Shown: piece after piece, positions 7,696-17,570 of the stretch
Layout of the letters: each line of letters opens with the position of its first letter
Numbering within the stretch: position 1 is the stretch's first letter
From: Parcubacteria group bacterium
Lineage (GTDB): Bacteria > Patescibacteriota > Minisyncoccia > UBA6257 > Colwellbacteraceae
Direction of reading: 5' to 3'
DNA: 64,000 bases
Assembly: GCA_041649615.1 (NCBI GenBank)
Contig: JBAZMT010000002.1
Location: 10,017-74,016, forward strand
Notes under the pieces: model-generated
The model's database searches: none
What the model was told of the DNA's origin: nothing
What the model saw: only the letters and a program-made list of their open reading frames with translations
Position numbers and translations under genes: made by a program

Positions 7696-7866
7696 CATAT
7701 TTCAAAGCCCTCTTTAAAGAGGGCTTTGAAATATGAATCCCTAAATTCCTACTGCGACAGACAAATACTCGCTCGGGGTACCCGCTTTGCTATAACGTAC
7801 ACCTTCACTCGTATTTGTCTCGTCTCGCTATGGAATTTAGGGATTAGGGATACCGGAATCGAACGG
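7695..7866. repeat. nested palindromic region downstream of tRNA-Gly: a 42-nt perfect palindrome, a 13-bp inverted-repeat pair, and an inverted copy of the tRNA T-arm/3' end
   Basis: 7695-7736 TCATATTTCAAAGCCCTCT-TTAA-AGAGGGCTTTGAAATATGA; 7737-7749 ATCCCTAAATTCC paired with 7832-7844 GGAATTTAGGGAT; 7847-7866 gggataccggaatcgaacgg is the reverse complement of the tRNA 3' segment ccgGttcgattccggtatccc. Confidence 0.7.
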
Positions 7867-7896
7867 AACATAGAGCGAGGTGTTAAAATTAGGGCA

Positions 7897-9444
7897 ATGC
7901 TTATGAGCCTAATCGCTCTTCTACCGATAGTGATACTCGTCTTTTTGGTTCTTTTTTCTCACCGAAGTTTTTTGGTATCGGTTATCTTGGCGCTTACGGT
8001 TCTCTTAACGATCGGTTTTTTTGTCTGGAAAATATCACCCATTGTTCTTTCCGCGGCGGCGATTAAAGGAGTTTTCGTGGCTCTCGAAATCATATTAATA
8101 ATTTTCGGCGCTTTGCTTGTTTTCGGAATATTCAGAAGACTCGGAGGAGAACGTTCCGCGGAACAAATTTTTGATAGAATATCGCCCGACTACCGAGTGA
8201 AAGCCGTTCTAATCGCATGGGCGTTTATCTGTTTTTTGGAAGGAATATCGGGATTTGGCACCCCTCCGATGATAACGGTTCCGATACTCATCTCTATCGG
8301 ATTAACGCCTTTGTCTTCCGTCGTGGTTTCTCTAATCGGGGACACTCTTCCCGTAACGTTCGGCGCGGTCGGATTACCGGTGACTTACGGATTTGCCTCT
8401 ACGGTCGGATCGGGATTGGCGAACGAGGCAGCACTTTTCATCTCAATCTTAAACATTATTATTTCTCCTTTTGTCGTGGCGGCCATTTTCTTTATGTCTT
8501 CAAAAGAAAAGAAAGGGAGGCTCAAGGACGTCGTACGGAATTTGCCCTTTATTTTATTTTCGGCTTTCGCGGTTTCAATCCCGTCTTTTGTGGTAATGAA
8601 GTTTTTCGGACCAGAGGTGCCTTCCATAATAGGAGGACTTTGCGGGATGATTTTAATATCTTTATACGCGATCATTCACCGGGAAAAAGAAAAAGAAGAG
8701 AACAAGCCTGAAAAAGGCAATATCATTCCGTTTGTTCCGTATATAATCGTGGCAGGAACACTTGCAATAACGAGAATTCCTTATATCAAGAATCTGCTCG
8801 GAAATTTATTTGAAATCAGCCTTTCTTCCATTTTAAAGACGAACATAAGTTATTCCATTCATCCTCTTGCATCTCCCGCGGCGATTTTCTTTGCTACGGC
8901 AGCGGGATTTCTCGTTTATTTCTTTTTGCGCAGAAATAAAAAATACTCGGCAGAGATACTTCGTGAGGCCGCGAAAAGAGTTGTTCAACCGGCCGCGGCG
9001 CTTATATGCATCATTATTTTCGTTCAAATAATGCTTAATTCGGGACTAAATGATGCGGGATTACCCAATATGATCACTTCAATCGCGAATATTTTTCGGA
9101 GCGCGGGGAAAGTGACAACCCTCTTTATTTCTCCCGCGATAGGGGCAATTGGCGCATTTATTGCCGGAAGTTCAACTGTTTCCAATCTTTTGTTTTCGTC
9201 CATCCAACAATCGGCTGCCGTTCTTTCGGGAAATGCGGAAAAACTGATTATTGCCATGCAGGGCATGGGTTCGGCGGCGGGAAATGTCGTTGCGATACAC
9301 AATATTCTTGCGGCGCTCGCAGTTGCGGGAGCGGGAGCGGCGATGGAAAAAAGAGTTTTAAGAACGAACTTGCCTTATCTTGCCATTTATTTGATTCTTG
9401 CGGGAATTCTTGGTTTTGCGATAACGGCCTTGGCTCTTGTTTGA
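7897..9444 (+). CDS. L-lactate permease family transporter (LctP/LldP)
   Basis: 'FLEGISGFGTPPMITVPILISIGL' LctP signature; polytopic. The ORF-track start at 7639 is rejected because it would overlap tRNA-Gly and the palindromes. Confidence 0.75.
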   Translation: MLMSLIALLPIVILVFLVLFSHRSFLVSVILALTVLLTIGFFVWKISPIVLSAAAIKGVFVALEIILIIFGALLVFGIFRRLGGERSAEQIFDRISPDYRVKAVLIAWAFICFLEGISGFGTPPMITVPILISIGLTPLSSVVVSLIGDTLPVTFGAVGLPVTYGFASTVGSGLANEAALFISILNIIISPFVVAAIFFMSSKEKKGRLKDVVRNLPFILFSAFAVSIPSFVVMKFFGPEVPSIIGGLCGMILISLYAIIHREKEKEENKPEKGNIIPFVPYIIVAGTLAITRIPYIKNLLGNLFEISLSSILKTNISYSIHPLASPAAIFFATAAGFLVYFFLRRNKKYSAEILREAAKRVVQPAAALICIIIFVQIMLNSGLNDAGLPNMITSIANIFRSAGKVTTLFISPAIGAIGAFIAGSSTVSNLLFSSIQQSAAVLSGNAEKLIIAMQGMGSAAGNVVAIHNILAALAVAGAGAAMEKRVLRTNLPYLAIYLILAGILGFAITALALV

Positions 9445-9508
9445 CCCGAAGCGAAAAAGTTGGTTCAATCCTCATAGAACCTGAAAAAAAGAAAGGAGGG
9501 GACGATTC

Positions 9509-9718
9509 GTGAAAAGACCGAGTGAAATGCCTTGTCCGAACAATTGTAAAAGGGAAGACGATCCAAAAAAACCGGTAATGGTCAAAATAGGCGGCGTTTG
9601 CCCGAATTGTTTAATGGGGATACCACACGGATCGGAATCAACTCTTTCACATATGAGAATACACGCCCTGAATATTTCGGGAAAAACCAGGAAACATATT
9701 CCGGGAGAATGGGATTAA
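9509..9718 (+). CDS. small zinc-ribbon-like protein (two CxxC pairs), GTG start
   Basis: AGGAGG Shine-Dalgarno 6 nt upstream of GTG 9509; 'CPNNC...CPNC'. Followed by a terminator. Confidence 0.4.
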   Translation: MKRPSEMPCPNNCKREDDPKKPVMVKIGGVCPNCLMGIPHGSESTLSHMRIHALNISGKTRKHIPGEWD

Positions 9719-9728
9719 CTAAAGAAAC

Positions 9729-9768
9729 AAAGCCTATCTTCTCGCGAAAAGATAGGCTTTTGATTTTT
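9729..9768 (+). terminator. rho-independent terminator
   Basis: AAGCCTATCTT-ctcgcgaa-AAGATAGGCTT followed by TTTGATTTTT. Confidence 0.65.
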
Positions 9769-9801
9769 CGGTGAATAGGAGCTAACTTGAATCGGTAGCT
9801 G

Positions 9802-11049
9802 ATGGATAAAAAAATTCAAAAATTAATTGAACGGGAAGTTTCGCGTCAAAATAAAACGATAGATCTTATTCCATCGGAGAATTTAATGTCTCCGGACATT
9901 CTTTCCATTCTCGGATCACCTTTGGCAAATAAATATTCGGAAGGGTACCCAGGCAAGAGATATTATCCGGGAAACGCCGTTTGCGACGAGATAGAGCTTC
10001 GGGCGCAGGAGGTGGCGCTCAAGGCATTCGGATTAAGTCCGGACGGATGGGCGGTAAACGTTCAACCTTATTCCGGATCGCCGGCGAATTTGGCGGTTTA
10101 TCTGGGACTTATGAATCCGGGAGACACGTTGATGGGCATGGAACTTGCCTCTGGTGGACACCTTACGCACGGGCACAAAGTTTCGGCGACCGGAAAATTG
10201 TTCAATTCGGTTCAATACGGACTTGGGAAAAGCGGAAGGATCGATTACAACACCATTCTTGCGCTTGCAAAAAAAAACAGACCGAAGGTCATCGTATCCG
10301 GAACAACCGCGTATCCTAGAAAACTGGATTTCAAAAAATTCGGCGAGATAGCCTCGTCCGTGAAGGCGTATCACGTGGCCGATATTTCACATATCGCGGG
10401 GTTAGTGCTTACGGGAAATCATCCGTCTCCTTTCAAATATGCTCACGTCGTGACCACTACGACTCATAAAACTTTGCGCGGTCCGAGAGGAGCGGTGATT
10501 TTTGCGAGGAAGGAACCGCTGAAATTGGGAGAAGGAACCATTAACGGAGCGATAGACAAAGCGATTTTTCCGGGAATCCAAGGCGGTCCGCACAATAATC
10601 AAACGGCGGCAATCGCAGAGTGCTTTTATGAGAGTTTAAACCCTGAATTTAAAAAGTACGGAACTCAAATCGTGAAAAATGCAAAAGCACTCGCGGCGGC
10701 ACTCATGAAAAAAGGATTCAAGCTGGTAACCGGAGGAACGGATAATCATTTGATTCTTGCCAATTTAAAGATTTTTGAGATCAGCGGAAGAGACGCTCAA
10801 AACTTACTTGAAGAAAACGGGATAGTAGCGAACAGAAATTCCGTTCCGGGAGATATCTCTCCCTTTAATCCTTCCGGGTTAAGAATCGGCACTCCTTCCG
10901 TTACAACGAGAGGAATGAAAGAAAAAGATATGGAGAAAATAGCGGACTTGATGCATAGAGCGATAGTGCTTAAAGGAAACGTAAAAGAAGAAACCGAACG
11001 TTTGGCTCTGAAATATCCGGCAGATAAATTCACTAAATGGAGAAAATAG
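9802..11049 (+). CDS. glyA: serine hydroxymethyltransferase
   Basis: Full-length SHMT pattern ('VTTTTHKTLRGPRGA' PLP-lysine region); 415 aa. Confidence 0.95.
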   Translation: MDKKIQKLIEREVSRQNKTIDLIPSENLMSPDILSILGSPLANKYSEGYPGKRYYPGNAVCDEIELRAQEVALKAFGLSPDGWAVNVQPYSGSPANLAVYLGLMNPGDTLMGMELASGGHLTHGHKVSATGKLFNSVQYGLGKSGRIDYNTILALAKKNRPKVIVSGTTAYPRKLDFKKFGEIASSVKAYHVADISHIAGLVLTGNHPSPFKYAHVVTTTTHKTLRGPRGAVIFARKEPLKLGEGTINGAIDKAIFPGIQGGPHNNQTAAIAECFYESLNPEFKKYGTQIVKNAKALAAALMKKGFKLVTGGTDNHLILANLKIFEISGRDAQNLLEENGIVANRNSVPGDISPFNPSGLRIGTPSVTTRGMKEKDMEKIADLMHRAIVLKGNVKEETERLALKYPADKFTKWRK

Positions 11050-11831
11050 ACGGAAAAGCCATTGCCGAGGAAGTGTATACCCGAATAGGGGACAGAACCG
11101 GAGACGGATTAAAACTCGTTGTCGTCATGGCGGGAGACGATCCGGCAACCGAGTCTTTCGTGGCACAGAAGAAAAAAGCGGCTTTGAGGACGGGGATTAA
11201 TTTTGAAGTAGTTAAATTTTCGGAGGAGGCGGAAACGGAAAAACTGGTGGAATCCGTAAAACGAGCATCCGAGAATCATGAAATAACGGCTGTAATAGTT
11301 CAGCTTCCTTTACCTCAAAAAATAGACAAAGCTCGCGTGCTTAAGGCGATAGAACCAACAAAAGACGTGGATTCGTTAAATGGGGGAAAAATACCGGCAC
11401 CGGCGGCTCAAGTAGTTAAAGAGATACTTAGATATTTGAATAAAGATATAAGCTTGTTTGATTTTGCAGTTGTCGGGTATGGGATTCTGGTGGGAAAACC
11501 GGTTTATGAATTTTTATTGCCTCGCGCGAAATCGGTCCGTATTTTTGAGCGTAGTGACGATTTAGCGGATGTTGCAAAAGCGGACGTGATAATTTCTGGT
11601 ACCGGCGTTCCGGGACTAATTTCGCCTCATATGGTGCGTGACGGGGCGATTGTTATTGATTTCGGTTATGGGATGAAGGACGGAAAAGTCGGGGGAGATT
11701 TTGACCCGCAGATTTCGGATAAAAATATTTTCTATACGCCGACTCCGGGAGGAACGGGGCCGATACTTGTCGCCGAACTTTTTCTAAATATAGTCTTACT
11801 TGGCCGAAGCGGCGATTCGCTCAATCTCTAG
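11037..11831 (+). CDS. folD: bifunctional methylene-THF dehydrogenase/cyclohydrolase
   Basis: FolD pattern ('[11 protein letters not shown]' and others); start overlaps the glyA stop. Confidence 0.9.
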   Translation: MEKIDGKAIAEEVYTRIGDRTGDGLKLVVVMAGDDPATESFVAQKKKAALRTGINFEVVKFSEEAETEKLVESVKRASENHEITAVIVQLPLPQKIDKARVLKAIEPTKDVDSLNGGKIPAPAAQVVKEILRYLNKDISLFDFAVVGYGILVGKPVYEFLLPRAKSVRIFERSDDLADVAKADVIISGTGVPGLISPHMVRDGAIVIDFGYGMKDGKVGGDFDPQISDKNIFYTPTPGGTGPILVAELFLNIVLLGRSGDSLNL

Positions 11832-12824
11832 GCTCAAGTCTTTCTCAATCTCTCTAAGGAGCGGTTTGTTTTCTCTTAATTTTTCTTTGGAGGCTTCAAT
11901 ACCCACGCCTAGTTTCTCTTCCTTAAACGAATAAGTGTTGCCGCTTTTTTTGACGATACCGTACTTCAAACCGGTGTTAATCAAATCTCCTTCATAAGAG
12001 ATTCCCTCGTTAAACATGATGTCAAACTCGGTAGATCTAAAAGGAGGGGCCACTTTATTTTTGACTACTTTGGCGCGAACTCTGTTTCCGACAACTTCTT
12101 CTCCTTTTTTGATTTGCGCGATGCGTCTTAAATCGACGCGAACGGACGAATAAAATTTGAGCGCTCTTCCTCCGGGAGTGGTAGTCGTTTCTCCATAGCC
12201 CATCATTCCGATTTTTTCTCTTATCTGATTGATGAATACAAGAAGAGTTTTGGACTTGGCGGCAATAGCCGTAATTTTTCTCATAGCCTGGGAAATCATT
12301 CGAGCTTGAAGTCCGACATACTGCGCTCCCATTTCACCCTCAATTTCGGCTCTGGGCGTAAGCGCCGCCACCGAATCAATGATTATGACGTCAATAAGTC
12401 CCGATTTAACGAGGCTTTCCATTATGTTTAAAGCTTCTTCGCCGTTGTCGGGTTGAGAAATTATAAGTTCCTTAATATCAACGCCAATCTTTTTCGCTCT
12501 TTCCGGATCAAGAGAATGCTCGGCGTCAATGAAAGCCGCTTTACCTCCTTTTTTCTGGGCTTCGGCGATTATCTGGAGACCAAGCGTGCTTTTGCCGGAC
12601 ATCTCCGGTCCGAATACTTCAACTATTCTGCCTTTGGGAAAGCCGCCTACGCCAAGCGCAAGATCAAGACTGAACGATCCGGAAGGGATGGACTCAATGT
12701 TTGAGTGCTTAATCTCGCCCAGTTTCATAACCGATTCCTCTCCGAACTTTTCACGGATGGATGCTATGAGCGAGTCCAAATCACTCCCTTCGTCAGGTCT
12801 GTTTTTAGATGTTTTCTTCTCCAT
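11796..12824 (-). CDS. recA: recombinase RecA
   Basis: Walker A 'GPEMSGKST'; near-invariant RecA core across the whole length. Confidence 0.95.
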   Translation of the reverse strand: MEKKTSKNRPDEGSDLDSLIASIREKFGEESVMKLGEIKHSNIESIPSGSFSLDLALGVGGFPKGRIVEVFGPEMSGKSTLGLQIIAEAQKKGGKAAFIDAEHSLDPERAKKIGVDIKELIISQPDNGEEALNIMESLVKSGLIDVIIIDSVAALTPRAEIEGEMGAQYVGLQARMISQAMRKITAIAAKSKTLLVFINQIREKIGMMGYGETTTTPGGRALKFYSSVRVDLRRIAQIKKGEEVVGNRVRAKVVKNKVAPPFRSTEFDIMFNEGISYEGDLINTGLKYGIVKKSGNTYSFKEEKLGVGIEASKEKLRENKPLLREIEKDLSLEIERIAASAK

Positions 12825-13518
12825 AATTAACAGTTTCGGGATCCACGTTTAAATTTTCCGTTATGTAAAAGACTTTTCTTATGACGGTCGTTTCTCGTCC
12901 CAGAAATCTTCTAACTCTGATTTCAAACGTATTTAGACCGGCATCAAGCGAGACTTCTTTTAGGAAATAACCGTCCGAGCTCACCGGAACGGGCTCTCGG
13001 TTAATTATAATGGAATCTTTGGGATTTATCTTGCCTTCAATCGTAAGTACTTGGCTTCTTGTTTCCAAAAAATCCCTATCTTCCACCTTGGCTGGAAGAT
13101 TTACTTCAATGGACGGAATGCCGACGAAACCGACAAGGAAATACCTGGCACTCGGGATAAGGCCAAGCAGGGTGGCGAGCATGGCAATGGCAACGATAAG
13201 AGCGACAATGACCCAACTCTTTTTTCTGCGAACGACCGCAAAACGGTTTTTCGGGAGGATATCGTCTTTACCCGAAGTCTTAAGTTCGGTTTTGTTGTAA
13301 GCCTCAATTATAGGCTCCTGGTCAATGTCTAAGGTGGTGCAGATTTTTGCGATATAGCCCTTAATGTACGGAGCGGCGGGCATATTGCTCAAGTCGTTCT
13401 CTGCCATGGCAGAGAGGTATCTCTTTGGAATATTTGTCAGTTCGGATAATTTACCGATCGTAAGTCCGTGTTCAGTCGTTATTTCGGATAAAACTTCTCC
13501 TAGACTTTTATCGTTCAT
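12805..13518 (-). CDS. rodZ: RodZ-like cytoskeleton protein (HTH + TM + C-terminal domain)
   Basis: N-terminal XRE-type HTH ('[24 protein letters not shown]'), one TM, C-terminal beta-rich domain. Confidence 0.55.
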   Translation of the reverse strand: MNDKSLGEVLSEITTEHGLTIGKLSELTNIPKRYLSAMAENDLSNMPAAPYIKGYIAKICTTLDIDQEPIIEAYNKTELKTSGKDDILPKNRFAVVRRKKSWVIVALIVAIAMLATLLGLIPSARYFLVGFVGIPSIEVNLPAKVEDRDFLETRSQVLTIEGKINPKDSIIINREPVPVSSDGYFLKEVSLDAGLNTFEIRVRRFLGRETTVIRKVFYITENLNVDPETVNYGEENI

Positions 13519-15592
13519 CGTTTAATTCGTTTTCTTCTCTTTCTGAGTTTAAATAAACCTCTCTCGGTTTCGCTCCATCGCCGGGACCGATGATGCCTTT
13601 GGATTCCATGATATCCAAGAGTCTTGCAGCCCGAGCATAACCGATTTTAAGACGTCTTTGCAATAATGAAGCGCTGGCTTTGCCTGCGTTCGAAACGACT
13701 TCTAAGGCGTCTGGAAACATATCGTCTTCCTCGTCATCGCTTGTGGCGGAACTCAATATTCCCTCAAGCTCGTGCGGGTCCGTGACGGAAAGATCGTTTA
13801 TTTCACCCTCGTTGTTATCAATAATAAATTGAGAAACGGCTTTGATTTCTTCATCGGTAAGATACGATCCTTGGATTCTTCTCGGCTTTGAGAGATCGGA
13901 AGAAACCAAAAGCATGTCTCCGCCTCCCAAAAGTTTTTCCGCTCCGGACGTATCAAGGATAGTGCGCGAGTCCACTTGGCTTGCTACCTGTAAGGCAATT
14001 CTTGTCGTGATATTCGCTTTGATGAGTCCAGTGATTACTTCAACGGACGGGCGCTGCGTGGAGACGATAAGGTGGATTCCGGTCGCGCGCGCCATTTGAG
14101 CGAGTCGCACGATGGAACTTTCAACTTCGCGTCCGTAAGCGGTCATCAAGTCGGCAAGCTCGTCTATTATGATGACGAGATACGGCATCGGGTCATTCTT
14201 GTGTTTGTCGTTAAAGCCTTTAATGTCTCTTACCCCTTCTCGCAGAAGAACTTCATAGCGCCTGTCCATTTCGGATATCGCATAACGAAGAGCCGAAATA
14301 GCTTTTTTACCTTCGGTGATTACGGGGGTGATAAGATGGGGAAGACCGCTATAGACGGAAAGTTCAACGCGTTTCGGATCTATAAAGATGAAGCGGAGAG
14401 TTTCGGGGGAATTCTTGTAAAGAAGAGAAACGATTATGGAGTGAATGGTAACGCTTTTTCCGCTGCCAGTCGCGCCCGCGACAAGCAGGTGAGGCATTTT
14501 CGCGATATTCGGGAAAACCGGCTCTCCCGAAAGTCCTTTACCGAGAGCGAAACCGAGCGTTCCGGCAGAATTGAATTCGGGATAATTTAAGAGGCTTCCA
14601 AGGCGAACGAGCGCCGCGGTTTTGTTGGGAACCTCAATTCCAACTAACGACTTTCCGGGAATCGGAGCTTCAATGCGCAAAGGATGAGCTGCAAGCGCAA
14701 GTGATAGATCTTGATTCAAAGCGGTGATACGTGAAAGTTTTATGCCTTCAGCGGGCTTCAGGGTGTATCTCGTCACTTTCGGACCGATCGTGATTTCTCC
14801 CATTTCCACCGGGATACCGAAGCTATCAAGAGTTCTTTTTATGATATTCGCGTTTGCCCTAAGGTCGCCTACGGTCGGTTTTTCCACGGAAGAATTGAGG
14901 ATATCAAGCGGAGGAGGAACGTAATTTTTGAAGGATAACTTTTTTTCCGTTTTTTGGTTTCCTTTGGCAATGAATTCGGACGCATCACCTGAAGAGGGGG
15001 TATTGTCTGCCGTTTCTGATTTTGGTTTGGACGAACCATTATTTTTTTCCGTTACGGTAACTTCATTTTCACCTTCGCCATTTACGACAAGTTTTTCATT
15101 TTCCGTTTTTCTGATCTTTAGTTTTCCCAGATCAATTTTTATCGGAATATCAATAATGAAAATAAGCCCTATTAAAACGATGGAGGAAGTAAGAACGATA
15201 CCTGCCGGGTGGCCAAACGGCATTTCAACGGCGCCGGCGGCGACACCGAGCCAGCCGCTTTTTCCCGGATAAATAATATCAATCAATCCGAGACTTCCGA
15301 GAACGAAAAGCGAACTTCCGATGATCGTTCGCTTCATTACCCCTCTTCTTCTTCCGAAAAGAAGCAAGACTCCGGCTCCAAGAAGAGTTACGGGAATGAG
15401 ATAGTAACCGATACCGAGCAGAGTCGTACCTGCTTTAAATATGGCTTCACCAACGGGACCGGCCTTGTGAAAGCCGGCGAGCAGTAAAATCAAACCGAGG
15501 CATAAGAAAATTATTGCCCAGATTCCCATAAGGACCTCCGGGCGTATTTTTTCCTTTTCCGGAACGTTCCTTGTTCCAGTTTTTCTTGCCAT
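13508..15592 (-). CDS. ftsK: DNA translocase FtsK/SpoIIIE
   Basis: N-terminal TM helices, Walker A 'GATGSGKS', FtsK motor and gamma-like C-terminus. Confidence 0.9.
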   Translation of the reverse strand: MARKTGTRNVPEKEKIRPEVLMGIWAIIFLCLGLILLLAGFHKAGPVGEAIFKAGTTLLGIGYYLIPVTLLGAGVLLLFGRRRGVMKRTIIGSSLFVLGSLGLIDIIYPGKSGWLGVAAGAVEMPFGHPAGIVLTSSIVLIGLIFIIDIPIKIDLGKLKIRKTENEKLVVNGEGENEVTVTEKNNGSSKPKSETADNTPSSGDASEFIAKGNQKTEKKLSFKNYVPPPLDILNSSVEKPTVGDLRANANIIKRTLDSFGIPVEMGEITIGPKVTRYTLKPAEGIKLSRITALNQDLSLALAAHPLRIEAPIPGKSLVGIEVPNKTAALVRLGSLLNYPEFNSAGTLGFALGKGLSGEPVFPNIAKMPHLLVAGATGSGKSVTIHSIIVSLLYKNSPETLRFIFIDPKRVELSVYSGLPHLITPVITEGKKAISALRYAISEMDRRYEVLLREGVRDIKGFNDKHKNDPMPYLVIIIDELADLMTAYGREVESSIVRLAQMARATGIHLIVSTQRPSVEVITGLIKANITTRIALQVASQVDSRTILDTSGAEKLLGGGDMLLVSSDLSKPRRIQGSYLTDEEIKAVSQFIIDNNEGEINDLSVTDPHELEGILSSATSDDEEDDMFPDALEVVSNAGKASASLLQRRLKIGYARAARLLDIMESKGIIGPGDGAKPREVYLNSEREENELNDER

Positions 15593-15662
15593 AATCCAAC
15601 TAATTATAGGTAGCTTACGGACAAAACTAAAGGGTTCCCGCTCGTGTTATTATTAAAAGTCA

Positions 15663-16956
15663 ATGGATAAAATAACGCCTTCGGTTTTTCGGGCTTACGA
15701 CATTCGGGGCATATATCCTAAAGAGATAAACGAAGAGACTGTCCGTGTTGTGGTTCAGTTTCTTTCGCAATCGGTGTTTTCCGAAGGAAAAATAGTTGTC
15801 GCGATGGATGCTAGGCAAAGCTCTAAAAAATTGTTCCGAGCGGTAAAAAATGCCTTGAAAGGAAGAGAACTAATAGAGGTCGGTTATGCCACAACTCCCA
15901 TGTTTTATTATCTTTCAAACAGGTTTTCTGCGGCCGGAGGGGTAATGGTTACGGCTTCTCATAACGATCAAGAGTGGAACGGATTAAAGGTTGTAGGACC
16001 GAGGGCTGAAGCGATAAGCGGAGACGAGATAGAAGAAAGAATGAAGAAAAATGAAAATTAAGGAAAAATTTTTGAAAGTATACGCCGAATTTCTTTCGGG
16101 GGAGTTAAAAATACTCCGGAAAATAAAAATCGTTTTTGACGCCTCAAACGGATTTGCCGGCCAGATAATAAAAGAGGCGATAGGAGGAAACCAGCTTATT
16201 CAACCGATATTTATAAATTGCCGGCCGGACGGGAAATTTCCCGCTCACGGGCCGAATTCTTCCGCTCCCGGAGCAGCGGATGAGCTTATAAAAGAAGTCG
16301 TTCAGAAGAAGGCAGACGCCGGGTTTATTTTTGACGGAGACGGAGACAGGGTGATTATCGCCGATGAAAAGGGTAACTTGATTCATCCGGATCTTGTGAT
16401 CAGACTTTATACCAAGCACTATCACCCAGAAAAAATAATTATTGACCGGCGAATAGGGTGGTTCGTAAAGGAAGATCTTCGCACCGAAGAAAAGGTATCA
16501 ATAATAAAATCAAAAATAGGACATCTTAATGTTAAAAGAACCATGAAGGAAAACGGCGCCGATTTTGGGGCAGAAGGGTCGGGACACTATTATTTTCCGG
16601 TAGAAGGCACTTACATAGATTCCGGCGCGATAATGACTATGAGAATGATGACGATAATATCTGAAGACGGATCTCTTTCCGAATGGGTTTCGCGTCAAAA
16701 GCCGTATTTTAGATCGGGAGAAATATCTTTTTCAGTCGCCTCCGCGGAAAGGAACATTAAGTCGGTAGCGGATTATGCTAGAAAGAACGGATTTGAATTG
16801 GATTTTGAAGACGGACTGTATGCCGAGAAAGAAGATTTTCGCTTTTTACTGAGACCGGCGGCGAATGAACCGCTTATAAGGATGAATGCGGAAGCGAAAG
16901 AAGAAAACGTCTTGAAAAAAGGGGTTAACCTGATACAATCGCTTATCAGCGAATAA
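15663..16956 (+). pseudogene. phosphomannomutase/phosphoglucomutase (alpha-D-phosphohexomutase family) interrupted by a frameshift in an A5 run at about 16046-16050
   Basis: ORF1 (15663-16061) carries the active-site 'TASHND'. ORF2 (16051-16956) in another frame carries 'FDGDGDR' and 'IVFDASNG' (domains 2-4). The frames overlap in 'gaatgaagaaaaatgaaaattaa'. Confidence 0.7.
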
Positions 16957-16991
16957 AGACTAAACGAGGGAGAGCATTCTCCCAACGAATT

Positions 16992-17570
16992 ATGAAAGAC
17001 GTCATTGTAATAGACATTGAGACAAAGAATACTTTTTACGACGTGGGCGGAGAACAAAATATCGCTCGTCTTGAAATGTCTTTGGCGTGCGCATACTCGT
17101 ACAACAAAAACGAATACTTAAGCTTTTGGGAGAACGACGTGAAAGATTTGGGACAGATGTTAAAAGACGCGGCCTTTGTCGTCGGATTTAGCATAAACAG
17201 ATTTGATTTGCCGGTGCTTGATAAATATTTTGATTTCAGCACGAAAGCGTTGAGGAGAGTTGACCTGCTTGAGGAAATAGAGGTAAGCGTCGGAAAAAGA
17301 ATCGGATTAGATCTTCTTGCGCGAGCCAATTTGGGGACGGGCAAAACGCACAACGGGCTTGAAGCCATTAAATTTTGGAACGAAGGGAATTTAAAGGAAT
17401 TGGAAGAATACTGCCTGAATGACGTAAAAGTAACGAAAGAGCTTTTTGATCTTGCAAAGGGACAGAAATACCTTATGATGCCCGAAAAAGGAACGGAAGC
17501 GTTGAGAAAAGTCAGTCTGGATTTTGATGAAAAAATCAGGGAAGCGACAACCGAAAATACTTTATTTTGA
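16992..17570 (+). CDS. predicted 3'-5' exonuclease (RNase H-like/DEDD fold)
   Basis: 'VIVIDIETKN' Exo-I-like motif; 192 aa. Confidence 0.5.
   Translation: MKDVIVIDIETKNTFYDVGGEQNIARLEMSLACAYSYNKNEYLSFWENDVKDLGQMLKDAAFVVGFSINRFDLPVLDKYFDFSTKALRRVDLLEEIEVSVGKRIGLDLLARANLGTGKTHNGLEAIKFWNEGNLKELEEYCLNDVKVTKELFDLAKGQKYLMMPEKGTEALRKVSLDFDEKIREATTENTLF

Noticed and set aside
7639-7896. N-terminal 86 codons of the 601-aa ORF-track lactate-permease ORF
   Set aside because: They would be translated through tRNA-Gly(GCC) and its palindromic trailer. The conserved LctP sequence only starts at Met 7897.
8217-8711. Alternative-frame and antisense ORFs inside large conserved genes (for example 8217-8711 in lctP; 19563-19886, 20342-20647 and 20659-20925 in ileS; 27975-28760 in gpmI; 39818-40489 in infB; 49587-50090 in iscS)
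   Set aside because: Each is wholly nested in a gene with strong family-level conservation on the other frame or strand. Compositions are Arg/Ser/Pro-rich and typical of shadow ORFs.
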